From positions 1 to 52,093 of the forward strand of contig CALGXU010000088.1 of the NCBI GenBank assembly GCA_937935205.1: 52,093 nucleotides of DNA, written 5' to 3'. Each line of letters opens with the position of its first letter. Position 1 is the stretch's first letter. Source of the stretch: an uncultured Rothia sp. Lineage in GTDB: Bacteria > Actinomycetota > Actinomycetes > Actinomycetales > Micrococcaceae. This document shows positions 18,635-25,961 of this stretch, in pieces. The notes beneath the pieces are model-generated. The model was not told the DNA's origin and did no database searches. It saw only the letters and a program-made list of their open reading frames with translations. Both the position numbers and the translations under genes were made by a program.

Positions 18635-18690
18635 AGTATAGCTGTCAGACCGGACTTGATACAACTAATATGCGTGTGACTCTACTCACA
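18635..18690 (-). promoter_or_regulatory. Promoter TTGTAT-18-TATACT with perfect CRP box; -10 lies inside a 13-bp inverted repeat
   Basis: TGTGActctacTCACA at 18675-18690; inverted repeat 18617-18629/18643-18655. Confidence 0.72.
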
Positions 18691-18699
18691 CATATAGTA

Positions 18700-18736
18700 T
18701 CATCCCCCTACCAAGTGTTAGTCGATAGGGGGATGA
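18700..18736 (-). terminator. Hairpin (possible terminator) abutting an extended -10 TGaTACTAT
   Basis: TCATCCCCCTA/TAGGGGGATGA inverted repeat. Confidence 0.5.
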
Positions 18737-18839
18737 GTCCTCATGAATTATGAACCCTCATGTAAGGCCGGTACCCGAAAGGACGAACCCCTCAGTTACC
18801 TATCCCTGAGATCAGAGGCGCGCTGTCTCAGGCCGACAA

Positions 18840-19136
18840 TCACAGATGGTCGAACGGACGCTGCTCTAAAATCTCTTCCATCTTATGACCGGGTACCGTA
18901 TAGACACCCGGAGAGACGACACCATAGGTCATGGGCTTAATCATCGTCACAGGAGCCTTCTCGACAATGCCTTGGTCGAGAAGGGCAATCAGATCAGTGT
19001 CCTTGGTGGTGATCGTGTAGACACCCGTACGGGCCTCCTGGGTAATGGTCGTCTTCATCTCGTCGTTCTTGACGACGGACGAGTACGCACCCTCGAAAGC
19101 CTTACCGAGCTTGACAGCGAGATCGACAATGCTCAT
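18840..19136 (-). CDS. Hypothetical protein
   Basis: AAGGAG RBS; strong C-ending codon bias. Confidence 0.75.
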   Translation of the reverse strand: MSIVDLAVKLGKAFEGAYSSVVKNDEMKTTITQEARTGVYTITTKDTDLIALLDQGIVEKAPVTMIKPMTYGVVSPGVYTVPGHKMEEILEQRPFDHL

Positions 19137-19177
19137 GGTTACTCCTTGGTTGTCGTTGTTGTTACGAGGACAGTGTA

Positions 19178-19510
19178 TCAGCCCTGGATGACATCGAAGT
19201 CTCCACCAAGTTCCGTAAGGATACTTGCTAGTTCCCTCGTGCTGAACTTATCACCCCAAGTGCTCATCCAGTATTCCTCGTAATCAGTATTACCTGGGAT
19301 ACCTAACTCAACATAGAGGTAGTAGACACCTTCAACTGAGATTACACAAGGTCCGAGAGCACGCTGTTCTAGATCGTATTTCGTGCCGTCCCTGTCCCAG
19401 ACTATAGTGTCAGACTTAGGTTTTTCTTCCTCAAGTTCGACACCCAGCTGAGTGGCGATCTTCTTCAGTAGCCTATCAGCGAGTTCATCAAACTGTTCAT
19501 CAGTCAGCAT
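19178..19510 (-). CDS. Hypothetical protein, early-arm paralogue family
   Basis: Aligns with 19915-20256 (KIA..LG...EE...I.D.DG...DL); YWMSTWGDKFSTRELASIL. Confidence 0.75.
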   Translation of the reverse strand: MLTDEQFDELADRLLKKIATQLGVELEEEKPKSDTIVWDRDGTKYDLEQRALGPCVISVEGVYYLYVELGIPGNTDYEEYWMSTWGDKFSTRELASILTELGGDFDVIQG

Positions 19511-19898
19511 TGTTAGCCCCCTTCAGCGCCCAGTCGAGTTCTTCATTGAGTTCTTCCGGCGTACTGCAATACTGAGCTGCCTTAAGGACATCCAGTAGAA
19601 ACTCCTCCCAGAAGCGCTTATCCGAAAGCCAAGTGTATTCCTCATTTTCTTCAATAAGCTCTGTTGGTTCCTTGAACTCAGCTTCATGCAACCAAGTAGT
19701 GAACACAGGAAGATTGATGTCAATGGTCGTAAGGTGCCCCCAGTCGGACCACCAGCCCTCGATAGTATAGCTTTCACCGAAACTGGTGGTAAAGGTGTAC
19801 TCAGGGTGGTCGAGCATACCTGTATACATACATATATCGCACGAACCATCAGTGTCTTCGTAAGTGTTTGAGTCGAAGTCAGTAAGTCGTAGCTTCAT
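19500..19898 (-). CDS. Hypothetical acidic protein with CxxC
   Basis: AAGGAGAA RBS; GSCDICMYTG. Confidence 0.75.
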   Translation of the reverse strand: MKLRLTDFDSNTYEDTDGSCDICMYTGMLDHPEYTFTTSFGESYTIEGWWSDWGHLTTIDINLPVFTTWLHEAEFKEPTELIEENEEYTWLSDKRFWEEFLLDVLKAAQYCSTPEELNEELDWALKGANNAD

Positions 19899-19914
19899 TT
19901 TGTTTCTCCTTTCA

Positions 19915-20256
19915 TTAGAACTTGTGGACAGTGATTAGGAAATCATCGTCATCCTCGTGTTCGCGGATGAGGTTTGCAAGGGCTTCTGAGCTGAAGTGTT
20001 TACCAGCAGACGAAACGAACAAACCTGCCATTGGGCCAACACAATCGGCTCTAATGCCCATGAAGATCACTCCACAACCATTGTCAATAACACAATTTGT
20101 CTTGACGAGTTCAGACAGATCATGAACGACACCATCCTTGTCCACGATCTCAGTGTTGCTTAGTTCTTCAATAGGTTTGATACCCAGGATGTCTACCAGC
20201 TCCGCAATCTTGCGGAAGGCTTCTCTCGTCTCAGCATCAAATCGAATAATAGTCAT
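19915..20256 (-). CDS. Hypothetical protein, early-arm paralogue family
   Basis: AAGGAGAA RBS; LFVSSAGKHFSSEALANLI. Confidence 0.75.
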   Translation of the reverse strand: MTIIRFDAETREAFRKIAELVDILGIKPIEELSNTEIVDKDGVVHDLSELVKTNCVIDNGCGVIFMGIRADCVGPMAGLFVSSAGKHFSSEALANLIREHEDDDDFLITVHKF

Positions 20257-20274
20257 TTTTGTTTCTCCTTTCTG

Positions 20275-20347
20275 TCGTGCTGCTACAGGACTCGAACCTG
20301 TCCCTCTGAGTCTTACTCAGCGTGCTGAACCCCTAACACTAAGCAGC
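20275..20347 (-). pseudogene. Degenerate tRNA (short acceptor stem, abnormal anticodon arm centred on AAG, ends ACGA)
   Basis: GCTGCT/AGCAGC stem, D arm GTGT..GCAC, CTGAG-TAAGA-CTCAG, T arm ACAGG-TTCGAGT-CCTGT. Confidence 0.7.
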
Positions 20348-20436
20348 TTGTTACCTGACCAGGGCAACCCAGCCGTTCGATGAGGGTGTCTTGGTCATGA
20401 CACTTTGTGCTATCGAGCAAACCTCATCGTCAAGCG

Positions 20437-20507
20437 CTCCCAGACTAGGACTCGAACCTAGTCCGACAGGGCCAAAACCTGCCGTGCTGCCATTACACTA
20501 TCTGGGA
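20437..20507 (-). tRNA. tRNA-Gln(UUG)
   Basis: Cloverleaf TCCCAGA/TCTGGGA; anticodon loop TT-TTG-GC; T loop TTCGAGT; CCA not encoded. Confidence 0.9.
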
Positions 20508-20585
20508 TAAAGCCAGGAAGTCCCGGAGGACTCCTGGCAACTGGATGTCACGTACCAAGCATGTGACGATAGGCAATACTGCCCG

Positions 20586-20658
20586 TCGGAATGGTGAGAC
20601 TCGAACTCACGACCCCCTGGTCCCAAACCAGGTGCGCTACCTACTGCGCTACATTCCG
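20586..20658 (-). tRNA. tRNA-Pro(UGG)
   Basis: CGGAATG/CATTCCG; anticodon arm CCTGG-TTTGGGA-CCAGG; T loop TTCGAGT. Confidence 0.93.
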
Positions 20659-20822
20659 TTAGAAGGGGTGCTGTTGACTGACGAAACAAAAACCATCACA
20701 CAAAAATTGTCAGTCCTAGGGTGCTACCCCGCACGCGACCCCCGTCACGGCAACCGGCACGTCCGCTTGATCAGAGCGGCAGGCGGCTATGGCCTAATCA
20801 TCCAGCATCGTCCGGTGCTTGG

Positions 20823-20907
20823 TGGTCCCCTCGGTGAGAATCGAACTCACACTCCTTTCGGAACTCGATTTTGAGTCGAGCGCGTCTGCCTGTTCCGCCA
20901 CAAGGGG
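20823..20907 (-). tRNA. tRNA-Leu(CAA)
   Basis: CCCCTTG/CGAGGGG-A-CCA; anticodon arm CTCGA-CTCAAAA-TCGAG; long variable arm. Confidence 0.93.
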
Positions 20908-20974
20908 TGTGCCTCTGAGTCGCGGCGACGATTGTTAGTTGAACTCTCAGAGGCTATTCAGTTATGATGTGTTC

Positions 20975-21030
20975 AGTATAGAGTCAACGTTTCTGAGCTG
21001 TCAACTCCATACTAAGTGATGCGTGTCACG
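20975..21030 (-). promoter_or_regulatory. tRNA-cluster promoter TTGACA-18-TATACT with CRP-like box 10 bp upstream
   Basis: Box AGTGAtgcgtgTCACG at 21015-21030. Confidence 0.78.
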
Positions 21031-21241
21031 GCTTGTAGTACACGGCCACACGACGGCTACCCGTCATCATGCCGACAGGCAGGAACCCAAAAAGCTGAGT
21101 GCTTGTGTAGAACTCTTCCAAGGTACACGCACACCAACCGCTCGAAGTACGGACGTAGGTTTCCAGCGACCCACCGAGAACAGTGCCCAGAGGGTAGTTC
21201 TCAAGGTCAGTAGGGGACTTGATTGACTCGAACTGCATCAT
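21026..21241 (-). CDS. Hypothetical protein, early-arm paralogue family
   Basis: LENYPLGTVL...YVRTSSGW...VAVYYKP. Confidence 0.7.
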   Translation of the reverse strand: MMQFESIKSPTDLENYPLGTVLGGSLETYVRTSSGWCACTLEEFYTSTQLFGFLPVGMMTGSRRVAVYYKP

Positions 21242-21588
21242 TCCAACCCAGGGTCGATGACAGTAGCGATATAGTCGTTATCCTCGTACTCGTTGATGAG
21301 TTCATTAACAAGGTCGAGATCGCTCCACAGCTTCTTAGGGACTGCTGGGGCAGTACAAACCCAGTAACCGTCATTGACCTTCAGAAATGGGCCAAGAGTA
21401 CCCGAGATAACGACACTGCCTCGGTCTGTGATAGCCGCGAAGTCCACACAGGATTCGACATCCCCGACATTGCCTAGTCCGTTTGCCTCTACGAACCACA
21501 CCTTTAGCTTAGTAATAGGCATATTGCGCAGCTTCATGTAATTAGTCTGTGTTTCGTTGTAGAGCTTAGTAAACTCGTTGTTAGGCAT
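21238..21588 (-). CDS. Hypothetical protein, early-arm paralogue family
   Basis: RGSVVI...FLKVNDGYW...ATVIDPG. Confidence 0.7.
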   Translation of the reverse strand: MPNNEFTKLYNETQTNYMKLRNMPITKLKVWFVEANGLGNVGDVESCVDFAAITDRGSVVISGTLGPFLKVNDGYWVCTAPAVPKKLWSDLDLVNELINEYEDNDYIATVIDPGLE

Positions 21589-21772
21589 TATTTTCCTCCT
21601 TACTGAGTTCGATCAGTGCTTCAGCGTAGGACTTCACCTTGAACCAGTCCTTATCTTCTCTTTCTCCGGGGCGCTCGCAAGGGTGCAGAGGTTCAATACT
21701 ATCGTTGTAGCACTTCTTAGCAACCGAGTAAATAGCCTTTACGAATTGCAGCTCATCACTGTTCATAACCAC
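21581..21772 (-). CDS. Hypothetical protein (paralogue of 22097-22237)
   Basis: WFKVKSYAEALIEL motif. Confidence 0.7.
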   Translation of the reverse strand: MVMNSDELQFVKAIYSVAKKCYNDSIEPLHPCERPGEREDKDWFKVKSYAEALIELSKEENNA

Positions 21773-21945
21773 TCTCCTTCTTCTAGTTCAGAATATTTCC
21801 AACTCCCAACATTCCCGTACGTAAACTCAATGACGCAATCTTCTCGCCTACGTCGATGAGAAGCCCTATGACTAGCAATACCCAGGTAGTTAAACTCCCT
21901 ATCACAGGTATAGCAATAGCAGTCCTTAGTCACCCGTGCTCGCAT
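21763..21945 (-). CDS. Small C2H2 zinc-finger-like protein
   Basis: CYTCDREFNYLGIASHRASH. Confidence 0.65.
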   Translation of the reverse strand: MRARVTKDCYCYTCDREFNYLGIASHRASHRRRREDCVIEFTYGNVGSWKYSELEEGEWL

Positions 21946-22097
21946 CAGCCCACCCTTTCGACAAAAACTTCATCCGTTTCTGGGTACCAATAGATGTTGA
22001 CACAATGTTCTTCACCTTCAAGCATCACGTCAGCGCTGATGCTAACAAAGGGAGGCTCGTCGGTATCAAACACAGTACCTACAAGTCCAGTAATCAT
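21945..22097 (-). CDS. Hypothetical protein
   Basis: ATG at 22097 coupled to the upstream TAA; GGAGG RBS. Confidence 0.6.
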   Translation of the reverse strand: MITGLVGTVFDTDEPPFVSISADVMLEGEEHCVNIYWYPETDEVFVERVG

Positions 22098-22237
22098 TAG
22101 TCTTCCTCCAATGCAAGCAGTGCCTCGGCGTATCCCTTTACAGTGAACCAACTCATGTTAGAGGGGTTATTGCTGTATTCGCTGGTTGCGATATTAAAAA
22201 TCTCTTGAAGCAAAGAGTGCCCAAACTTAGCGCTCAT
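22097..22237 (-). CDS. 46-aa hypothetical protein, not in the ORF track
   Basis: MSAKFGHSLLQEIFNIATSEYSNNPSNMSWFTVKGYAEALLALEED; AAGGAGAA RBS directly after a promoter. Confidence 0.75.
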   Translation of the reverse strand: MSAKFGHSLLQEIFNIATSEYSNNPSNMSWFTVKGYAEALLALEED

Positions 22238-22269
22238 TGGTTTCTCCTTTCTTTGTTGTCGATGTATTT

Positions 22270-22325
22270 ATACTAATTCACTCATCTACAACCTGTCAAC
22301 AACTAACCACGTGACGTGTACCACA
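22270..22325 (-). promoter_or_regulatory. Promoter TTGACA-18-TAGTAT with CRP-like box 10 bp upstream
   Basis: Box CGTGAcgtgtaCCACA at 22310-22325. Confidence 0.75.
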
Positions 22326-22339
22326 TCCTTGTGAGGGTA

Positions 22340-22381
22340 AATAAAACCCCTGTGCCTCAAGCCAAGCACAGGGGTTTTATT
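22340..22381. terminator. Bidirectional-type intrinsic terminator
   Basis: AATAAAACCCCTGTGC/GCACAGGGGTTTTATT 16-bp inverted repeat. Confidence 0.75.
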
Positions 22382-22468
22382 GGATCAGAGATCCATCAAC
22401 TGGTAATGACCAGCCTAGCACATCAACAAGAGATCATGCAACTCTAGTTGAGTATGAGCTAGAACACA

Positions 22469-22684
22469 CTAGAGTATCCGGCCTACCAATGAATCAGCGA
22501 CATCATAAGGTGTTTCACCCTTGCCGGGATACAACTCAGCGAGGGTGTTGCCAAAGTCCACACCATCAAAGAGGCCAAGCTCATTAGCAACTGACACGAT
22601 AACCTTGGCCTCCATCAGTTCCTTCAGATCGTCCTCAAATATACCATACTCACCAATACCGATATACCTAATTCCGTCAATCAT
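22469..22684 (-). CDS. Hypothetical protein
   Basis: ATG overlaps the upstream TGA. Confidence 0.65.
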   Translation of the reverse strand: MIDGIRYIGIGEYGIFEDDLKELMEAKVIVSVANELGLFDGVDFGNTLAELYPGKGETPYDVADSLVGRIL

Positions 22685-22899
22685 GGCAGCACCTTCCACC
22701 CTTCACCATTTCCAATTTCCTTCTTCAACTCTTCGTCAGAGTGTGCTTGATTAGTCCACAAGTCCTTCGCATGAACCCAGTAGTCCTCCATGTCCTCACC
22801 GATGGACTTTAGATAACGAACGTCATCAGGGCTAATCAGCACAGCTCCGGGTGCAAGCCGATGGAACGGAATAGTCAACTCACTGAAATCGATAATCAT
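22681..22899 (-). CDS. Hypothetical protein, early-arm paralogue family
   Basis: LAPGAVLI...RYLK...YWVH...HSDEEL. Confidence 0.7.
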   Translation of the reverse strand: MIIDFSELTIPFHRLAPGAVLISPDDVRYLKSIGEDMEDYWVHAKDLWTNQAHSDEELKKEIGNGEGWKVLP

Positions 22900-23114
22900 T
22901 CTCGATTCTCCTTTGCTTCAACAAGACGATACTTAGCAATCGCGTAATCATCCTTCTCGTTACGCACGAACTGACCGATACGGCCAATACCACCCCAGCC
23001 CATCTTCTCAGACAGGTAGGCGTGGACGATCTTGTACTTACGGCCACTACCAGTCTTGATACTGCCTGTCTTCTTATTGAAAATCACGTAGATTTCCTCA
23101 GCAGGTTCAATCAT
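22896..23114 (-). CDS. Hypothetical protein
   Basis: Coupled ORF. Confidence 0.65.
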   Translation of the reverse strand: MIEPAEEIYVIFNKKTGSIKTGSGRKYKIVHAYLSEKMGWGGIGRIGQFVRNEKDDYAIAKYRLVEAKENRE

Positions 23115-23524
23115 CAGTTCTCATCTCCGCTCGTCTGAAGGTCAATGTCCGGCAGCAGTTCTTCAGGACGGAACGCAACCTTATAGTGGAACGTATCGAC
23201 ATCAGAGCCGTCCATCTGCTCCACGAAGTACGTCACGTTGTCACTAATCCCGAGGTAGTGCTTCTTGTACTCACTGTCGCCAGTCTTGCAGGTGACTTCC
23301 AGCTGGTTGTCTTCTTTGTCCTTCGTGATCGAGCACAAACCCTCAATCGACAGAAGGTACTTATCCGTGATGCCATTTACGAACACAATGCGTCGCATCA
23401 CCTTGAAGTTGTCGCTCTCATAGCTGATGTTCCGGGAAGCCGTATCAGCCGCGTTACACGCAGCCAACGAAAGCGCCGCAGCAACAGCAACGACAGACCC
23501 GATAATCTTACTCTTCTTCATCAT
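23114..23524 (-). CDS. Phage lipoprotein (widespread beta-sandwich family, often labelled RDF in actinophage annotations)
   Basis: Lipobox LAAC; ASRNIS..SDNF.V.RRIVFVNGITDKYLL.IEG.CSI...YKKHYLG.SDNVTYFVEQ. Confidence 0.8.
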   Translation of the reverse strand: MMKKSKIIGSVVAVAAALSLAACNAADTASRNISYESDNFKVMRRIVFVNGITDKYLLSIEGLCSITKDKEDNQLEVTCKTGDSEYKKHYLGISDNVTYFVEQMDGSDVDTFHYKVAFRPEELLPDIDLQTSGDEN

Positions 23525-23530
23525 TTCTCC

Positions 23531-23707
23531 TTAGACGTGAACACCATAGTAAAAGACACAGCCAGCAAGGCAAGCAAGAGACACACAGAGCATAATCGTG
23601 CCAGCCGCAACAACCTTAGCGCCCCACTTGTAGACCTCATCGAGCATCATCCCGAGAAGTGCCACTGCAAAGCCGAGGATAAGTAGCCCAACAGCAAAAG
23701 TCAACAC
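23531..23707 (-). CDS. 58-aa two-TM membrane protein, not in the ORF track
   Basis: GTG start coupled to the upstream TAG; MLTFAVGLLILGFAVALLG...KVVAAGTIMLCVSLACLAGCVF. Confidence 0.65.
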   Translation of the reverse strand: MLTFAVGLLILGFAVALLGMMLDEVYKWGAKVVAAGTIMLCVSLACLAGCVFYYGVHV

Positions 23708-24210
23708 TACTTCTCATCTCCCTTCTTCGTAAACAGTTTCATAAAGTCGTGATCGTCTTGATGTTGCTTCAAAAACAGATTGTTCGCAACAGCCAGCAAA
23801 CCAATAGGCTTAAGCTCATTCTCCACATCAAGGAAGAAGTTACGGTACTTGATGAACCGACCGTCAAGAACCGTCTCACCGTTCACAGCGTCACGGCACT
23901 TTTGCAGCGCATTGTTGTGTCGCTCGGCAATGTCGTTGATCTCTGGTTGACGGAAAGCGACAGACATTGCCTCCTGCTCCAAGTGGTTACCACCTTGGAT
24001 GGTTTCGATAAAGTCAGCCGAGCCTTCCCAGACAAAGGACTCATCAGCTGGGATAAACCAACCGTCGCATGCCTTTACAAAGCTGAATGTGCCTTCCTCG
24101 AAAAACTCAAGATCGACAATCCAACCGGCAGGAAGTTCATCCAGAGCAGCTTCAAGCACCTCTGTATTATGAACCAGATCAATATGGTCCGTATCAACTG
24201 AAACAATCAT
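23707..24210 (-). CDS. Hypothetical protein, early-arm paralogue family
   Basis: LDELPAGWIV...FVKACDGW. Confidence 0.7.
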   Translation of the reverse strand: MIVSVDTDHIDLVHNTEVLEAALDELPAGWIVDLEFFEEGTFSFVKACDGWFIPADESFVWEGSADFIETIQGGNHLEQEAMSVAFRQPEINDIAERHNNALQKCRDAVNGETVLDGRFIKYRNFFLDVENELKPIGLLAVANNLFLKQHQDDHDFMKLFTKKGDEK

Positions 24211-24737
24211 TTTGCTTCCAACCTTTCATAGCGTTCCATGCTGTCAAAACCATCGAGTATGCCAAGAATACGCGGATGTTTGCTAAATCTTGAGAGATGT
24301 TCTGTATCAGGATTGCCAGCAACACCCTCAAAGAACCCGAGGATGTAGTCATCGGCCCACTTCCTGTACTCGGCAGCGCCCCGAATGTCCGCATCCAACA
24401 CACGGTTCTTCAGCATGGCATCGTAGCCATACTCATCTGATAGGGCGACCCTCCACACGTGCTTTAGAAGACTGATCGAGTCTTCTTCACCGACAATCGT
24501 GAGCTTACCTGTGTATGCATCAGATGCTAGGCACGTCAGGCAATCGTACATCTCAGCAATGCTCTTCAATGCCTCGTTGATAGCCCTTGCGTCCGAGTGA
24601 TCTCGGTAAATCGCGTAGTACTCTGCCTGGCCTGGGCGCTTGTACTCGACACCGCACTCGTCCTTCAGCACGTCATTGCCAAGAACGAACTCACCTCTAC
24701 GGAAGAACCACGCTGCCGATTCAATAGGGTGCCTCAT
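24207..24737 (-). CDS. Hypothetical protein
   Basis: 176 aa; GGAGG RBS; coupled at both ends. Confidence 0.7.
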   Translation of the reverse strand: MRHPIESAAWFFRRGEFVLGNDVLKDECGVEYKRPGQAEYYAIYRDHSDARAINEALKSIAEMYDCLTCLASDAYTGKLTIVGEEDSISLLKHVWRVALSDEYGYDAMLKNRVLDADIRGAAEYRKWADDYILGFFEGVAGNPDTEHLSRFSKHPRILGILDGFDSMERYERLEAK

Positions 24738-24898
24738 TATACCTCCATCAATTCGTATTTCTCAAAATAGAACAACTTATTGTATTTGTTCGTTAGCCAC
24801 TCTACTTCAGACTGAGCTTCAATAGGGTTATCTACCACCCCAAAGAAGCTGTCATCTTCGTTAAAGATGACACAAATGCTCCAAGGTGCTCCGTACAT
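24737..24898 (-). CDS. 53-aa hypothetical protein, not in the ORF track
   Basis: MYGAPWSICVIFNEDDSFFGVVDNP...; fills the gap exactly with a coupled TAATG. Confidence 0.6.
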   Translation of the reverse strand: MYGAPWSICVIFNEDDSFFGVVDNPIEAQSEVEWLTNKYNKLFYFEKYELMEV

Positions 24899-24900
24899 GC

Positions 24901-25077
24901 TCAACCCTCCACAAACTTCACAAGAAGGCTAATAAGAAGAATGACGCAGCCAGCGTCCAACACAGCGTTAATCATGTGGTTTTGGTCCCGCTTCGGCCCA
25001 TTACGAAACATCTTCGCGTTAATAGCCCACATAGCAAACCAAGCACAGACAATAATGATTTGCGCAATAGTAAACAT
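24901..25077 (-). CDS. Small two-TM membrane protein
   Basis: MFTIAQIIIVCAWFAMWAI...VLDAGCVILLISLLV. Confidence 0.65.
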   Translation of the reverse strand: MFTIAQIIIVCAWFAMWAINAKMFRNGPKRDQNHMINAVLDAGCVILLISLLVKFVEG

Positions 25078-25262
25078 TATGCTGCTACCTCCAATGCAAT
25101 CTGCACAATGTAGCAAATTGCGACAATACCGGCGCTAACGGAGGCCAGTACATCGGGCCAGATTCTAAAGCCCTCAATACCCTTCTTGAACCGTGCAAGT
25201 AGCGCGAAAGCGACACTAACACCGGCCCAGACGACAGCTAGGACAAGATGAAAAGCAGTCAT
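25077..25262 (-). CDS. Small two-TM membrane protein
   Basis: MTAFHLVLAVVWAGVSVAFALL...VLASVSAGIVAICYIVQI. Confidence 0.65.
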   Translation of the reverse strand: MTAFHLVLAVVWAGVSVAFALLARFKKGIEGFRIWPDVLASVSAGIVAICYIVQIALEVAA

Positions 25263-25503
25263 TACCAACCTTCCTTTCGATAGTTACCTGTTTAGTAATA
25301 GGGTCAACCGCGACGGTTAGAACATGGGTATGGGGGTGCCAATCAAGGGGTATTTCAACCTCTACCTCAAAAGGCTCCGTCTCATTCCAAGCCAAGTCCA
25401 GCTGGTTCAGAAGTGCGAGACGCATAGGAACGGGCAAATCAGGACAAAGCGAGGCAATACCCCCGGGTGAGAACTTAAACTCCGGTCTTGTTAGCTTAGC
25501 CAT
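25216..25503 (-). CDS. Hypothetical protein
   Basis: MAKLTRPEFKFSPGG...; start uncertain. Confidence 0.55.
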   Translation of the reverse strand: MAKLTRPEFKFSPGGIASLCPDLPVPMRLALLNQLDLAWNETEPFEVEVEIPLDWHPHTHVLTVAVDPITKQVTIERKVGNDCFSSCPSCRLGRC

Positions 25504-25609
25504 GATATGAACACCCACAGTACCAGCACAAGACATTAGGTTTTTCAGTGCAGTAATCACAGTCCCACGCAATATACGGGTTTTCTGCACACTTATCACA
25601 CCAGGCCAT
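25496..25609 (-). CDS. 37-aa Cys-rich micro-protein, not in the ORF track
   Basis: MAWCDKCAENPYIAWDCDYCTEKPNVLCWYCGCSYHG; TGATG coupling. Confidence 0.6.
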   Translation of the reverse strand: MAWCDKCAENPYIAWDCDYCTEKPNVLCWYCGCSYHG

Positions 25610-25959
25610 CAGTACCCCTTATGAAGCAGGAACACATGATCGAGATGAAGCAGGATACTCACGAACATCTCATCGTGGGTACGATCACCCCCGTAACCAC
25701 TCACCCATCCGTCGTTACGTAGCATCCACTCGACACCACCGATCACGATGATGGACCCTGCAACCATGTCACGTACGTCTTCAGGTGTGGTGATCGTAAT
25801 ACCCGTGTACTTACCGCTCTGGTCGTTCAGCTTAAAAGGCTCTTCGTTGTTATGCAGCACTTTGTGCAGACCAACCTTCGCGGTGTTAACCTCAAAAAGA
25901 GCTTCTTCTAGGTCAGAGTATGCCCGCGTGTACCCTGCCAGTGTTTCCTCGATGTTCAT
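25609..25959 (-). CDS. Hypothetical protein, early-arm paralogue family
   Basis: MVAGSIIVIGGVEWMLRNDGWVSGYGGDRTHDEM...LLHKG. Confidence 0.75.
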   Translation of the reverse strand: MNIEETLAGYTRAYSDLEEALFEVNTAKVGLHKVLHNNEEPFKLNDQSGKYTGITITTPEDVRDMVAGSIIVIGGVEWMLRNDGWVSGYGGDRTHDEMFVSILLHLDHVFLLHKGY

Positions 25960-25961
25960 TG

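Noticed and set aside
18617..18655. Invertible promoter (phase variation) at the surface-protein gene
   Set aside because: The 13-bp spacer is too short for typical recombinase inversion and no invertase is present; kept only as a palindrome observation.
18737..20822. Hammerhead, twister, pistol or theta ribozymes near the tRNA cluster
   Set aside because: Required core motifs (e.g. CUGANGA plus GAAA, or the HDV nested pseudoknot) could not be placed by eye.
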